In this document: positions 22,699 to 22,933 of the stretch, piece by piece | Position numbering within the stretch: the first letter of the stretch is position 1 | How the letters are laid out: each line of letters starts with the position of its first letter | From: PVC group bacterium | GTDB taxonomy: Bacteria > GCA-001730085 > JADFSZ01 | Assembly (NCBI GenBank): GCA_022560555.1 | Contig: JADFSZ010000004.1 | Span: 1-22,933, forward strand | DNA: 22,933 bases | Direction: 5' to 3' | Position numbers and translations under genes: made by a program | Notes under the pieces: generated by a model | What the model saw: the letters and a program-made list of their open reading frames with translations, nothing else | What the model was told of the DNA's origin: nothing | Databases searched by the model: none

Positions 22699-22933
22699 TG
22701 ACTTCCTGTATCTTGTGCATGGTTTTCGAGGACCGAAGGGTTCATCCCGAATCGGCTCCCCAAGCAGGCCTAGATACCAGAAGAGCAAGCTCTTCTGAAT
22801 CTATGCACAAGCTTTTTGGGCCACAAATTTGGGATGAACTCGTGTCAGGTTTTCGTAGATCGAAGAGCTACGGAAACCTGGCGATCGGAAAGACAGGCGT
22901 CAAGTCCAGCAGGGCCCACTGAAGAGCAAAAAG
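22699..22933 (+). ncRNA. Unassigned, highly structured non-coding region (possible small RNA and/or cis-regulatory leader, truncated by the window end)
   Basis: Several long helices were found by hand. H1 is 22712..22722 with 22801..22811, followed by T5 at 22813..22817. H2 is the hairpin 22778..22797. H3 is 22738..22752 with 22827..22841 (15 bp, 2 G:U). H4 is the hairpin 22846..22858 / 22868..22880 (13 bp). No credible CDS. No RNA family could be assigned. Strand is assumed from the co-orientation with the tRNAs and the T-tract. Confidence 0.35.

Noticed and set aside
22548-22922. ORFs 22548..22763 (-) and 22698..22922 (+)
   Set aside because: The first runs antisense through both tRNA genes. 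The second starts on the last base of tRNA-Leu, has no RBS, and spans a region dominated by long RNA helices. Neither resembles a real protein.
22699-22933. Assignment of the structured region to RNase P RNA, SRP/4.5S RNA, tmRNA, 5S rRNA, 6S RNA, FMN riboswitch, or a degraded tRNA / integration att remnant
   Set aside because: The universal cores are absent or interrupted on either strand: RNase P GAGGAAAGTCC, SRP GTCAGGTCCGGAAGGAAGCAGC, the tmRNA GGGG...TTCGAC start, and 5S CCGAAC / GATGGTAGT. GGGTTCATCCC is reminiscent of a T-arm, but no cloverleaf or acceptor pairing can be built. The FMN-like and cobalamin-like resemblances are partial. Only the cobalamin one is retained, as a low-confidence idea in the findings.
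1-22933. Scan for mobile elements, CRISPR arrays, toxin-antitoxin pairs or known defence-system genes
   Set aside because: None of the supplied translations shows transposase, integrase, Cas, reverse-transcriptase, nuclease-NTPase or TA-like signatures. I saw no spaced direct-repeat array. tRNA-Leu could still be an island integration site, but the sequence to its right is too short to tell.

Overview
This is a densely coding, fairly AT-rich bacterial chromosomal window. I count 24 supported protein genes and 2 tRNAs. I saw no transposase, integrase, CRISPR array, rRNA or long repeat. The layout is as follows. (i) 337-3820: a DAACS-family amino-acid/dicarboxylate symporter with a translationally coupled 97-aa protein, divergent from an NhaC-family transporter. 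(ii) 3856-15916: thirteen minus-strand genes with gaps of 68 nt or less or overlapping ends. In transcription order they are yebC, ruvC, ruvA, ruvB, a SpoIID/LytB-like gene, queA, a Bat-like module (DUF58, BatD/DUF4381-like, BatA-like VWA), a zinc metallopeptidase, a Ddl-like ATP-grasp ligase, a PiT-like permease and cysK. (iii) 16103-17629: a monocistronic PaaK/F390-synthetase-like adenylate-forming enzyme with a consensus promoter and a bidirectional terminator. (iv) 17685-22306: a six-gene minus-strand cluster encoding a GAF-PP2C phosphatase, an RsbW-like kinase, a STAS protein, and MlaE, MlaF and MlaD. (v) 22511-22698: tRNA-Glu(CUC) and tRNA-Leu(CAG), followed by about 235 nt of heavily structured non-coding sequence cut by the window edge. 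The best candidate for a new system is the sigma-less partner-switching cassette joined to the Mla-type lipid ABC transporter. Its STAS protein sits where MlaB would be expected. The second candidate is the translationally coupled metallopeptidase/ATP-grasp pair beside a PiT-like permease and cysK. The third is the unassigned structured RNA after tRNA-Leu. All family calls come from motif recognition by eye in the supplied translations. No database search was run.
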